DNA of 64,000 nt, taken from contig OZ260664.1 of assembly GCA_965285935.1 (NCBI GenBank), positions 46,500,001 through 46,564,000 on the forward strand, written 5' to 3'. The notes beneath the pieces are model-generated. The model did no database searches, was not told the origin of the DNA, and saw only the letters and a program-made list of their open reading frames with translations. Positions 1 through 14,121 of this stretch are shown piece after piece; position 1 is the stretch's first letter, and each line of letters begins with the position of its first letter. This DNA is from Ophelia neglecta. Taxonomy: Eukaryota. The position numbers and the translations under genes were made by a program.

Positions 1-169
1 AATAAAGACCTGAGCTCTGCTACCAAGCCTACAACCTTAATATCATCATCTAAACAATAGATCATACTCTGGTGCCATACTGCTTCACTGGTCCATCATT
101 GGCACACTTTATGGAGGGTATTAGCATCATTTCAGAGCATCTGCAAAGACTGACAGACACTTAATAAGA

Positions 170-240
170 GAGCCTGAGGGAGTGGTGCCTGAGGTGGTGA
201 TGTCTGAGGGGGTGGTGCCTTAGAGGGTGGTGGTGGTATA
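170..240. repeat. short degenerate tandem repeat (~15 bp GAGGGNGTGGTGCCT) next to a G run
   Basis: About 4 copies of ctgagggagtggtgc-like units; G run at 249-260. This explains the Pro-rich ORF 132..458. Confidence 0.6.
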
Positions 241-3200
241 GATGTCAAGGGGGGGGGGGGAGCACTTATAATCTGGCAACAGCTCAATTCCTCACAAACT
301 GTCACCCAGGGCTCCCTACATAGGGCTACCACAGTTACTATAAACTTATAGAGCTCCCCTGAAATGCCCTCACTAAATGGTTTGCCACATGCCTTTGTAT
401 ACTCATCCAACTTGGATAAAGGGCTAAACTGTCTCTTGTATAAATCATCAAAAACCACACAAAGACAATTAATCTTATAAGTTATAGATTATCCAACTCT
501 GATATAAACAAGCAGAGGTACATGCCATTACACTGAAATAAATATATAAGTGTAAAAGACATGACCTGGAATTGGAGAGATCCACTGGCTAGTAAATTGG
601 GTGCTCTACAACCAGGAGTGGTAAATGTTATGTCTCAGCTACCCCAGGGCTCCTGTAGTGGGGTAATAGTTCATTTTATCTTGACAAAACACAGGCATGA
701 CAATTGTGGCATGTAATAGATGATACTAGTACACATTCCATCTCAATGCCAACAAATTGAATGAAGGCCTAAAGGCTTTGTTGCACTTTAGGAGGTCTAC
801 ATTAAGTCTGTGCATGTTGGCATGATTTCAGACATAAGGAACACTGTACATTGTAGAGGGCTGGGACAGCCTGGAGGGACAGGATTTCCTCTTTTTTTCT
901 ATTCAGAAGATAAAGGGATTGAATCTTCTCTGTCCTCAAGCTAGAGACCATGATCTAAGTCCTGGTTAATTCCTGGTAAACTCCTAGACAAGCAGGCTTG
1001 GGGCCATATTACATGTATTTCCAGTTTGCTATTACCATTAATGGACAAATAGCACGCAATTCTTTTGCAGGCTTTTAAGACATGCACTGATGAGAAATGC
1101 TGCATTACAATTACAACTACAAGTCTGAGAGTTATAACATGCAATTGGAGCTTTTTAGCATGATAAATGAACATTATGTCATAATACCAGCTATAACCAA
1201 TGGTTCCAAGAGTCTGTACAAATGAAACTTGATGGCGACACTCAAAGTAATTTATCCCCTAGGCCCAGTTTCAGGAATGAACCTAAGTCTAAGGATTACA
1301 TAAACCTTTTACTTTTTAACTGAGACTGTTAATCTGTGTTTCCATTAACTGGGATAAGGTTTAAATAAGACCCATATGGCTAGGTTTAAGACAAAATGGA
1401 CCTTCTCATAATTCCTGTGTAAGCAATTAAGATCAAGTAAGTATTTAATTCATAATTATGAGTTAAGACTGCTTGCAGAAACCAAGCTCACATGAGAAAT
1501 CAACATAATGAGCCTCCATGTCTAAACTCTAGTCTTTGGATAGTACTTCATCCAATAGGGTTAATGCATTTTAATTTCTGTTTAAATACAGTATATACCA
1601 CATAACATATGCCAGCCCTTTGAAAAGGCATATATAAAATGGCACAAAAGAAAAGGAATGGGCAATGCACACACCTGTAATCTATTTTCAATCAGTCTAC
1701 AACCCATTTTAGAGGAGTATATAGCTGGTAACACATACCAGTCCATGAGGTTATTACATACACATACAGGTTATTATATAAAAAAAGTAACTTAAAGTGT
1801 CAGGGGAGGCCTAATTCAGGGTGGGCCCACCTCTTAATATCGTTCTACTCTGCTCTTCAAGTGAAACCCAGTCATTCTGTTATCAATAAATCTCCAAAAA
1901 TAACAAGGTTTTTGACTTCTACTCGAGTCATATACATTGACTGTCATTCACAGCTGGGATCAGAGTAGTAATAAGAAACATTTTATAACCACATAGTCAG
2001 ATTAACACTACATACTCAAAACTTATTCCAGCTCAAGGTCGGGATGTATTAAATAAGTGATGAGTGAGACAACTGCCAGCCATACATACCACTATATATA
2101 CCTTGTCCTTGGATCTCAGGCTTTATCTGCTGGCAGAACAAATTGCATAATTTAGGAAGACAAACTGACAGCTGTGGAGATACAATGCTGGGCAAAGGCC
2201 AGATGAACGATTGTGACCTTTTGTTGAAGATAAACTAATGAGCAGGTACATCAAATGTCTGAAAAATACCTGCAGATCAAATCAATCTCTGGGCATCACA
2301 GAGTCTTAAATAGAATGAAAGATGAAAGTTTATCAGCCTTGAACCAGAAGAGCAAACCTTCTGTTATATGTTGTGATGGATAGTGGGTTGGGTCTAATTA
2401 TTGGATAGTTTTGCAATACACTTCTCAGACAGGCTCCACATACTCCATTTGACTGTCTTGTACAACTAATTATTACCTTCAGCACTGTGCAAGGCACCCC
2501 ACGGGCCAAGACACCAAGACACCACCACTTATATCTACCTACCCCTAATAACAACCACCTCCAAAGGTAGTCTCTTTGGCTGGCAATATGCCACTGGAAC
2601 AGGTGAATAATCACCAATTGGGCAGTCCCCATAAAAAGGGCAAAAGGGCTGGCAAGACGTGTGCCATTACATTTTTATTCACATTCAAAGCCAAAAAGTG
2701 ATAGTCGCTAATTTAATTGAAGCACATGTCTCCTTCATCTGCTTGTTTCCAACCATTCATTGCTTATGCATAGTCAGCGGCCACAGTCCCCACAGTAATC
2801 CAGCAGGGGAAAAGCACTGCATTTACCTCAACAACAAGCAGCAAAATAGCTGGATAATGACTTTCAATACAATATTATAGTGATTTACTGGAGGTGTTAG
2901 GGCCCTGTTGTGGTTGACAGTGAAGCCGCTGATCCTGGATGTGATTGTGTTGGAAGCCCTGTGTTTGAGAGAATAAAGAACCTGTGGCTGACAGATCACC
3001 AGCAGAGTTGAGCAGGCCTGCCTATTCACAGGGCCTCATTTCTGTGCATTGTGGGGGTTATATAGTTATGCCAGAGGCAGGATTATATTTTTCCTGATAT
3101 TATGAACTTATTCTATGGCAAATGACAGGCCGCATGTACCCAGTGAGTAAAATATTATCAAAATGTACCTCTATTCCAGGCAAACTATAATTAAAATGTC

Positions 3201-4009
3201 AAGGCTGTATGACGCATTGCAACCCTATGCATCCATCAAATAGCTTAATCTCAAATTAGTATTTTTCCCTCATAATTTACTTTCTCAGCAGCATAAGCAG
3301 TAAAACTAGAACCAATGATAATTTATCAAGCATTATCTCATAACAACACCAACATTTTTAAAGTATATTTTTGACAGCTAGAGAAAGTGGATGAAGATTC
3401 TGCCGGCACAGACCCTCCAAGTATGGTTGCCATGGTTACCAGGATTGCAGAAGGTTGGCTTTGATCCTCAGTGTTTAGCTATCTATTAAGAATGCAAAAT
3501 GTTTATTGGCAGTGCCTTTCCCCTGTTAATAACCACAGTAACAAACATGGTGTCACATCAATATCTTTGGACTTAAAATGATGGTTTGCAGGCCCTTCAT
3601 TCATTCATAAAATAGATGATGGTTGCTACAGATACAAGGGAGCCCGCATCTCCCCACAGTCCTATAACTGGAGACCTCAGAGCTTGTTTTCTGCCATACA
3701 AACACCACCTCACTCATAACTTAGCTTTTATGATAATGCCAATGACAGTTTTCATCATTTGCTGGGGTTATGATAGCTCATAGCTTTACACAAACTACTG
3801 TATTATTATGTACCCCCCCCCCCCTCCCTCCCCCTGCCTACAGCAATACTGTCATTGCCAATGAAATGCTGACCACCAATACTAATACAGTCCCATCCAA
3901 AATCCAAATCAACCTGAACAATTTCCACAATATGACTTAGTAGTTGAAGTAGTTCTGATGCTTGACTTCCTTCCTTGGTGTGTTCAAAACCAATAGTTTA
4001 TTCACTCAC

Positions 4010-4045
4010 CCTACTCCGTAATGGACCAACTTTTTCAGTACATAC
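4010..4045 (-). other. 36-nt exon / candidate recursive-splice (RS) exon
   Basis: Minus strand: ttttttctttcttttcag|GTATGTACTGAAAAAGTTGGTCCATTACGGAGTAGG|gtgagt. Open in phase 0 (VCTEKVGPLRSR) and phase 2 (YVLKKLVHYGV), stop in phase 1. Confidence 0.65.
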
Positions 4046-7000
4046 CTGAAAAGAAAGAAAAAATGACTTGAGTCAAAAGTAACATAAGAGCATGATATAA
4101 TTGAGTGTCAAAGAAGAAGTAAATACTTTCAATATTTGTTACATAAAACATATCCAAGGGTTTGCCTTTTATTTAACCCTGAATCCATTGATCAAAATAG
4201 AAATTTGCTCCAACAACATAGTCTGGACAGTATCTGGTGGCAAACCAGTGCAGCAAAATCTATCAAAATAACACAATTGTTATACAATGCATAGTTACAA
4301 GATTACAATTTATATGGCCAAAATAAATTGCTGGTGGCTGTGCCTGCATAGGGTGCCGTGACCCTTGCCCCCAGACAGATGTTATCATTTAGTGAGAGTG
4401 ATTACTGATGCAGGAGAGTTGGCGGGATGGCAGGACTCCAGATCCCAGGGATTCAGGAGCATACTATCAGTAATTTGCCGACTTTATCCTCTGAACTCAC
4501 TACATCAATAACCATTCAGAGTTTTAAAGTAATTGATAAATACACCACTATATTATGGCATTGACCCAAGCGACTACATGTTTACACATTAGAGACTGGA
4601 GACCAGTTTGACTTGGGGATATGATGTATTTCCAGGACAGACTACCCAGCTAATACCACAACAAAGCAATCAATAAAAAGAATAAATATCTACACTGATT
4701 TTCAAAAGCTTCTCTGCCATCAACCTCCCCATTTCTTAATGAAATCACCAAACTCTAATGGTGAAAAAACTGGGAGAATGGCCCTTGAGCTCTGACTGAT
4801 GTCTCAGTGAATTACTTGACTGTGAAAATGAACAAAGCAAGCTGGAAGACATGAAATAACATATCAATCACCGGCAAAAAATAGAAACCTGGAAAATGTG
4901 GGGTGTAAAATGGCAGCGGGAGGAAAGCATTATGTTAGTAGTGTGTAACGTAGCATGCAGAAAGGAGCTAGGCGGGTCAGAGCAGGCTCCCTTAAACAAA
5001 TAGCTCTTCCTTGCCACTGTCCCGCTGGGTGCTGCGGGTGCTGGCAGCCAGATCCTGTTCCCTTCTTGCACCCCGTATGAAGACATCCTGCTGCGAGTCA
5101 GCCAGCCGGCCATGAGCCATCCCGCCAGCTAGCTTAGACACAACAGAAAATTACAATAAAACTGGCCCACTTGTCAGCTATAAGCTCCTATACATTTCAA
5201 TACTGACATCCAATAGAGGCCAAGATTAAGACCTAGTCAAAGGTGATCACCTGAGCTGGCAGCACACACAAACTGATCTGCCAAGCCACCACATATTGGT
5301 GTCGGCCATTTCTCATTTCTTGAAAAAACAGAGCTTGATCTGTATTTATTGTCTTTATTAAATTCAAATTATTTCATCAGTAAATGTATAATAATCCAAT
5401 AAACAGCTTGAGGGAAATTCAAATGATGTCAATATCAATAATATTTCTCTCTTCCCTGTGGAAGACTTTGAAGAAATATAAATTTATATCATGCTACTTC
5501 CTACACTTTAAGCAGAGGAATATTTTTTTTCTAGTAATGAACATAAAAGCAATCAGAAAATAGGCAGAAAGAAGAGCCTTTTGCGTAGAACCAACAGGTT
5601 TTGTAGATGTTACAACCCTAGCACTCTGTGAAAACATGGGCAAAGACTAATTCAGAAGTCAATTTTGAGTCCGTCAATTTAGATTACCAATGTACATGTA
5701 TTCTTTGATAAGAAAGGAGAGTTTTTTTTACCTGTAAGTCACATCATAGTCCATAACTTTTGTTAAATTCTGAACTAACTTAGGATCCCTGCAGTCCATA
5801 TGCCTCATGAACTGACAGGAAACTGGAAATACCTGCACCTAGTTTTAGTTCTGTACTTTCACTAAGGATATTTATCTTGAGTTGAGTGGGTAAACATTAT
5901 TCTCACCAAAATTAGTGGTCGTTTTTAAACAAGCATGTTGAAAGCAGTTACCATCAATACGCATTTCAATCATTTGTGGAAATAGCCAAGTTTTTTACTT
6001 GTGCACATAGCAGTTTGATGTTGCAGGGCGGAGACAGACAGAGCTGGTATGTGGAGGGGGCTTTGTGAGGACAGAAGGGGTTGCCTGTCTGAAGAGCTTG
6101 CCAACAGACCAATACTCCAACAACAGCTGACTTTAGGGGCTTTTATACAATCATCATCGTGCCATCATCATCAGCCATAGCTCACTCATTCCACTAGCAT
6201 TCCTTCTCTAATCTACCATCCCAATGATGGATCTCCGCTCAATTTCTGCAGCGTTTATACAAAATTCATGAGCTTCGCGGCAACTTGTTGCCATTGCCAG
6301 GCAAATATAACATGAAATGGTATGGCTTGGCCGTTGCTGATTTTCAGCCATCTTATCACCCCATTGGGTCATTCATTAGAGCACATTAGGGCACACTCAG
6401 TATCCCCAATTCTAAGCCCATCTCCCAGTGAGTTCTCTGTGCCAGGGGAGCTAGGGAGCCTGTGCGATGCTATTACGCTCCTTGGTTTGTCTAGCTCTGA
6501 TCTGCACCAGCCAACAACTACCTTTGGGGAATGTGCTTGAACTTTAAATATGCAACAGCCATGCAAGACATTGGAGTCTATGACCAAATGTAACCTACTA
6601 GCACACAGGAAAACGTTGATTGAGTTTGTGTTCAACCCTTCTTGGAGTTTATCCCGACAGTAAAAGGCCGAGGTCGCTCACCCAGCTTATACATCTTTAA
6701 TATGCCTACATTGATTTACTATTGTTTGCATATTTATTCTTGTTCCGAGATTCAGGAAATAAATTTCAATGTGAATTTTGTGGTGCTTGGGCTTAAGCAA
6801 GCAATGTGCCCCAGCTTTCAATATTAGTAGCATCATTTTACTTCTTTTTATCTTAGACTTATGACAGTTAAAAAAAAACCCACACCATAATTAAGGCTGA
6901 TAAGGTGAGAAGACTGTAACAGAACCTGCTGGTATGGCATAGAGCTCCACCTGGCCCCCACCACATAAAACAAACACCTTCTGCATCCTAGTCAGAAAAC

Positions 7001-8111
7001 TTATCTGCCTGCTTCATAAAACTAAATTGCTCAGCTTATAAGATGACCCCAACTAGTGGCTGATGGGCTAATAATAAAGAAATGATGGTTGGTTCTATGG
7101 CTTTACCAAACGTAGAGATTATAGTCAATTGGGACCCCTGGGAGAACACCTGCGGCTGACAGGGCTATTCAGCAGAAAGAAATTTGATAAATAAACAAAT
7201 GAATAAGTATATAAATAATTAGAAACAAGGGCCAAAAGGCCTCAACAATGGAATTACGGGGCCAGGCAGAGGGTTTGTCTAGGAAGAGTACATAGCAGCA
7301 ACTAATGATATGCAATAAGCTACAATTGTACCCGTGTGGCGGTCTGAGTTAAGCGGTCTGATTTTAGCGGTCTGATTGTACCGATCGGTCTGAGGTTACT
7401 AGTAGGTATTATCTGCAAATAAACAAAGAAAGTCACTGTCCATGCAAATATCTCTTCCACAATGGCACATGGTTTTAGCAAATTAAATTGGCAGAAATTA
7501 ATATCATGCAGTTGATTGTTTTGACATAGTGGCCCTTACATTTAAATAAATTCCATATAAAACATAAAAATATTCTATATGTGTCACTACAATCAAGTAG
7601 CTAGGGACTTAATTTAGCCAGTTTTCAGAGTAGCAAAAAATTGCTTTATACATGTTGTTTACGATTGATACTTTCCAGATGACGAAAAAGGCACAACCCC
7701 TCCCATGTGAACCAAAAATATTTTTAGAAATATTTGCGGAACAACTCTCAGGTTTCTATTAAATAGCAGTACCCTCCCAGGACGAAAAGTTCATCATTGA
7801 CCAAGAGCAGCACAAGCAAAATGTACACTGGGGCAAAGTGTTATTCTATATGCTCTGATCGTAACTAAAATGACTAGCAGAGATGTAAATTTTTCCTTTT
7901 ACAGAGTTTATATGTGAAAGAAATGTTAAAATGTTTTGATATTAATGAAAATATGTTCTCCTCCGACAAAATATTGTGTGTTGACATATGGATAGGAAAC
8001 AGTGTCTGCGCATGCGCTCCTACTTAAAAGGAAGTGCCATAATTAAATCACAGTATAGCACTTGAATTAAGGTATTATCCCTCCTTCTATACATCAAACC
8101 TCAAACAAAGT

Positions 8112-9062
8112 GGGGGCACCCCTCTGACACCTCACATAGTTAGAGAGTGGTCCTCTGGGGTTTACTGGGGCACCCCTCTGAGACACCTCACATAGTTAGA
8201 GAGTGGGTCCTCTGGGGTATACTGGGGCACCCCTCTGAGACCCCTCACATAGGTAGAGAGTGGTCCCCTGGGGTATACTGGGGCGCCTCTCTAAGACCCC
8301 TCACATAGTTAGAGAGTGGTCCTCTGGGATCTACTGGGGCGCCCCTTTGAGACAACTCACATAGTTAGAGAGTGGTCCTCTGGGGTATACTGGGGTGCCC
8401 CTCTAAGACCCCTCACATGGTTAGAGAGTGGTCCTCTGGGATATACTGGGGCGCCCCTCTGAGACACCTCACATAGTTAGAGAGTGGTCCTCTGGGATAT
8501 ACTGGGGCACCCCTCTGAGACACCTCACATAGTTAGAGAGTGGTCCTCTGGGGTATACTGGGGCGCCCCTCTGAGACCCCTCACATAGTTAGAGAGTGGT
8601 CCTCTGGGGTATACTGGGGCGGCCCTCTGAGACACCTCACATAGTTAGAGAGTGGTCCTGGGGTGCCCCTCTGAGACACCTCACATAGTTAGAGAGTGGT
8701 CCTCTGGGGTATACTGGGGCGGCCCTCTGAGACACCTCACATAGTTAGAGAGTGGTCCTCTGGGATATACTGGGGCGCCCCTCTGAGACCCCTCACATAG
8801 TAAGAGAGTGGTCCTCTGGGGTATACTGGGGCGGCCCTCTGAGACACCTCACATAGTTAGAGAGTGGTCCTCTGGGATATACTGGGGCGCCCCTCTGAGA
8901 CACCTCACATAGTTAGAGAGTGGTCCTCTGGGGTATACTGGGGCGGCCCTCTGAGACACCTCACATAGTTAGAGAGTGGTCCTCTGGGATATACTGGGGC
9001 GCCCCTCTGAGACACCTCATATACATGTAGGTCGAGAGTGGTCCACTGGGGTGTACTGGGCC
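8112..9062. repeat. 56-bp minisatellite, ~17 copies
   Basis: Unit ggggcgcccctctgagacacctcacatagttagagagtggtcctctggggtatact. The period of 56 is seen at 8448/8504; one shortened unit near 8660. Confidence 0.97.
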
Positions 9063-9561
9063 ATTCCACTTAAGATACATGTACATGTACACAAGTATCA
9101 GTATTAGTGCTGCATTCTAGTTTATAATCACAACATTTATCTGCTACTTCTCAGCAATACAACCTCCCACTCAAATTGTGGCCACCTCAATAAATTATCC
9201 ACTAAAATAGTGGCTAATGCTATAAAAAAAAAAGAGCAACTACCACAATGAAATAGCTGCCTACGCTGCCAACACAACTCTGCAGTTCCAAATTCGCTAG
9301 GGTATGAACAAATGCCATGCCGTGTGAGGTCATTGAAAACAATCTAGACCTGCTGCTTTTTATAATACTGCTTTGCCATAAGCAATATATCCAAGGAATC
9401 AGTACTAAAAACTGAACCAAGTGCTTTCTGGTTTTATGATCTAAGATGCATAAAAGTGGTGCTCCATAAACTTCCAGGAACTGTATCTCTTTACACACTA
9501 AACTGCCAGTAGTGCTTTGCCTGACACACATAAATGCCCCATCCACAAAGTTTAATGTTAC

Positions 9562-9641
9562 CATTGTCCGTGGATTCCTTTGTAGATGCCTTCCTTGTCA
9601 GCCACTTAGATGCTATTGAGTTGCTTTCAGTGGCTTTGATT
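9562..9641 (-). CDS. candidate 80-nt internal coding exon (IKATESNSIASKWLTRKASTKESTDN)
   Basis: Branch-like tactaat, acceptor attttctag, donor G|gtaaca. It is open only when entered in phase 2; the other two frames have stops. Confidence 0.35.
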
Positions 9642-12104
9642 CTAGAAAATATTCACACATTAGTAAGATAATACAATTTTATGGTGGAGAAATACCAACC
9701 AGAGTGAACTGCAATCAATACTAGCTGGCTGTACAGAATACACAAGGCACTGGTGATCTACTTTCTATCATCAATTTCCAGGCCATACAACAACCCATCA
9801 GTGCATTTTTTTTAAATGTATGAGAAGTTCTTATCCATCAACAGATGCTCCGCAGACTTAGATCATTGCCTGAGTTAAGATAATTATGACAGAAGATATT
9901 GCCTACTGCAGTATAATTATAAAAAGCAATTTGTTCACACCATCAAGAACAGTGACATGTTAGTACTGGCCCAGTTTTTTTCCTGTCACTGGTTTATTGG
10001 CTGGAAAAAAGGCCAAAGGCTGTGAGCGTACTAGGGAAAAGCACCAATTTTAGAGCATACATGCTAGAGACACGCACTGTTTAAATTATATGGCATGGTT
10101 CATGAATAGTTGATGATCGATCCTCATTTACACATTCCTCGGGGAGTGAAAAGGTGTCCACACAACAACTTTATTAAATGAAAACCACTCTTCTCAAAGG
10201 GTATGCCAACTATCCCACAACATTCAAAATAGAGTGTCCATAAGGGTACTTTTTATATAAATATACCATTTTTATTATCTCCAAAGCACACACTTACATA
10301 TAATAATACTTAGAATTTCTGTTAACAGTTTTACACAAAATCAACACAAGGGAAAGATGATTTATTGCATAAATTAGTATTTTGCATAAAAAAACAACTT
10401 TTGGGTTGACAAATGTTATGTATGCATCACCTCATATCCAACCTACCTGAGTCAATATAAGATTCTACCATGGACTATGCAATTCATATTCATTTCCATG
10501 TCAGTTTTAGATTATTATGATCAAGTAGAGCGAAGGTGATATACAACATGAGAAATGGGCCGGCTTCATGTTTTATAATCATCTCATTCTTCATTTGCTA
10601 TCATAAAAATACTAACTGAAAATCAATGTACCATATGTAGTCAGATTGTTAAATCCAAAAAATTCTGGCAATGTTGTTATTTATGGGCAATATCAAATTT
10701 TGTGATCAGTAATAAAGACAATTCATGCTGCTGCGCGATGGGCCAAAGGCAGAGAAAGTCCATCTTATTTAATCCCTCAGTTGTCTGACATTATGGGACA
10801 TTAACAATCTGCCCGGGGCCTGGTGCTGGGACTTCACTCCTGTCCAAGCCTTCAAGCTCAATTGCACACCTGAAAACTTGAGTAATGTATCATAATACAT
10901 CTCCTGGAATGAAACCAAATTAATGTGAGTTGCAAAGAGAGCAGCATAAGGAAGAGTTGATGGCTCACTAGGGCGTTGCTGGAGTAATGTAGGACAAATT
11001 TGGCTGTATGATACTGATACGGAGGTGTACACATGTACATGACACACTGGAGATGGCATGCATACTATTGAGGATAATGAATTAAGCCATCCAGGTATCC
11101 AAGCCCATGCCTTTCCACTTATCTCTTCTTCTTTATTGGATCTAGAAGTTTGCTCAATTGACTGATTCAGAGCTGAATCGATTCAGCTCAACTCCCTGAT
11201 GTCTTCATTGAAATAACCTGAGCGACCCAAAAGATTTCAAACAAAACCATCAGCAAGTATTGTCAGAAAGTCCAGAGCCTTCTTCTGACATCCAATTTGT
11301 AGCAGACATTGTTATCTAGACTTGAGCCCCAGCCTGATCAATCAGGCGGGCATTGAGATTGGGCCGGGCAGGAGGCCCCTCTGACAGCGGCACACTCTAT
11401 CTCAGGCCACCATCTCTTATGTCAGACATCAGCCCCTGACAGCTAACTTCACTTCTAGTCAATACTGCCAGCGTCTATCTGCTAGCATCTGATTTAACAA
11501 AGTTAACCCTTTTGTACTACTATACTATATTTTTCCAGCTTACATAGGGATTCAGCCAATGTTCGGGCAGCCAGCTAACATTGCTCTATCTGAGCTGGCA
11601 GGCATTGACCTGCACCAATGACCTGTACACTGTGCCTGCACACACACAGAGGGGTTAGCCTAAGGACAGATTGTTCTCCATTGTTCTTGTCATTAGAAGC
11701 CTTGCCTAGATCACAGGAGACACTGTGGCCTGATGGTCCAGCAGCTCAATGCACTCACTCACTTGTGCCTATCTAGTCCCAATGAGCCAGACCAATGTCG
11801 ATGGAATTACACCCCAGAGACTAATAGTACATAAAACATTTCCAGCATGTCCAATATATCTGACAGAATTAAATGCTGACAATTCAAGCACTGATTTTTA
11901 TGGGAAGGACAGATTGGCCTTCCAGTGCTTGTTATGGTCTAAACTTTTGGATGAAGTGAAATTTATGTTTGTTATAGTCACATGGAATTCACAATTGAAT
12001 AATGCAGGCAGGGAAACTTGCTGAGATTAACGCATAAAGTTGTCTCCCAGAAACTGTTCAGCCATTGTAAGAGTGTGGAAGGTACATCCAGAAACATGAG
12101 GAGT

Positions 12105-12410
12105 AGATACAGGGAGAGTGCTGGCAACACAGCAGAGAGTGCCAGCGGTATAGTACGTATAGTACGGGAGGGGGGGGGGGGGGGGGGAGATTGCAAGCAG
12201 AACAGGGGAAGATAGCCTAATACAGAGGAGAGTGCCAGCGGTACAGCAGAGAGTGCCTAGTACAGTCATTGGAGAGTGCCTAAATAGCGGAAAGTGCCAG
12301 CAGTACAGGGGAAAATGCCAGTAATACAGTGGACTTGTACAATACAGATGAGTGTCTGTAGTACAGCTGAGAGTACCTAGTGAAGGGGGTCAGGGGAGAC
12401 ACTGGCAGCT
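12105..12410. repeat. degenerate ~20-bp tandem repeat (tacagcagagagtgccagc) with G run
   Basis: Recurring gagagtgcc/tacag units; G run at 12170-12188. Confidence 0.7.
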
Positions 12411-13756
12411 CAAAGACAGCTGTCTCAATAATCCCTGGCTGTAACCGGGATATCACTAGAGTAAAACACTGTAACGGCAATGGCAAAGCCATCAATCAGA
12501 TAGCAAACATCTTTGTCCAGTTGCTGTGTGTATTGTGACAAACATTGTGACAGTTAACAATGCATTATTTGGCAAATTCCGACAGCATATTCACTGTACA
12601 AGCTAAATTGGGTTCCTTTTCTGGCTTGTTTTTTTTCAGCAGGAAATGCTCTGCAAACGAACTGCATACAAAAAGAGTAAATGTCATGTCCCGACAGCAT
12701 TATGTGGCCTTGCCGCCCAGCTTACCAGAGGAGGAATGAATTTCATTAAATCTATATTCATCCATCCTGTCCTCAACCTCGAAAACTTCAGGGGAATAAA
12801 CAAAGTGCTAACAAGCACTGCAAACAGAGGCAACACCATGAACTGGCAAGGTCAAAAAGTCACATAGAATATTTCACTATTTAACCATTACCACCAGTTG
12901 TCCAATGATATAGAATGACAAATATTGTATATTTTTGAGAAGGCAACAACCTTATCATTATTACAATAATATAAAAATTTGTACTTAGCACACATCAATA
13001 ATGAGGTACTGATGTGTGCAATTTACTTTAATAACATAAAATGCAGCAAATATTTATATATGAAATAAAAAATGAAAAATCCAATAAGTATCAAGAATGT
13101 ATAATGAAAAATCCCATAACTATCAAGAATGTATCAAGAAATTATCAGATTTAAGGCAGACAGTAGATTTATTGGACATTCCACTGCTGACAACGTTCTT
13201 AAATGGTTTATTCTTTAATTATTGCAGTGCCACATGTTCATATTTATAAACTGTTTGCTTTCAACCAATGTAAGATATTTCATGAATTAGGAATGCATGT
13301 AAAAAGGTTCCTTTTCTCTCAGCACCTAATTTTTTTGTCATAAATCAGTTATAGTTATTTTTCAAGAAAACTAAACAAAACTCATATTTGAGGCATTCAG
13401 AATGGTGACTGAAGGGTATGGGCGCAACAGGAGATGACGCAAGTAGTGTACACAGCTATGGTTCTAGATAGAGTTTTGACATTTTTTAGTACCTTTATCT
13501 CGTACAAAAAAGACATTGGCTCACTAGAAATCTGTTCTGTATTTATCAGTATGGGCTGAAAAATGTTGGGAATGCTGAGAGGCTCCTACAACTTGGATTT
13601 GATAAACATTTTGGCATTCAACATTTTATTTTTACCTGTAACTTTAGTTGCAATGAAATAAATAAACACAAGCAAGCTATTAATCAATCAAATTTCTACC
13701 TTCACATTCATGCACACCTAATGTTCACACTGAAATAGTTACATTTGGCCAAGCTA

Positions 13757-14121
13757 TACACATAGTCTGAGTGGTTAGCACTAGCCCGCAGCCTGCACTA
13801 GCCCAACCAGCTCTCAAATGCTTTTTGCTGGAACGTTGACAATTTGTGACAGAAAATAAGTCTAACCTCTGCTAAATCTCTAGCAATGTCCACAATTCTT
13901 CAAAGTAACTATTTTGTCCCCAAAATGTGGACATGTTGCTAAATGGTTTGCAGGCATCTCCACGATTGGTCAAGAAAGGTGACTGATGGAAAACTGCTCA
14001 ATGACCATTTTATCTGACTGAATGACCTATGGCAATGTTGGTGATGGAAATTTTACTCCCAGTGAGTGGACTGTGCGGCTAGTTGCAGCAATTCATCTAG
14101 CGACTTGTAGACAGCAGTGTA
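13757..14121. mobile_element. possible decayed MITE
   Basis: Ends tacac...gtgta. The left subterminal gcactagcccgcagcctgcact resembles the reverse complement of the right agtggactgtgcggctagttgc. Confidence 0.3.

Noticed and set aside
2823-3029. ORF ending at a phase-2 AG|gtaaat donor
   Set aside because: It has no ATG and no convincing acceptor, and the peptide is not protein-like.
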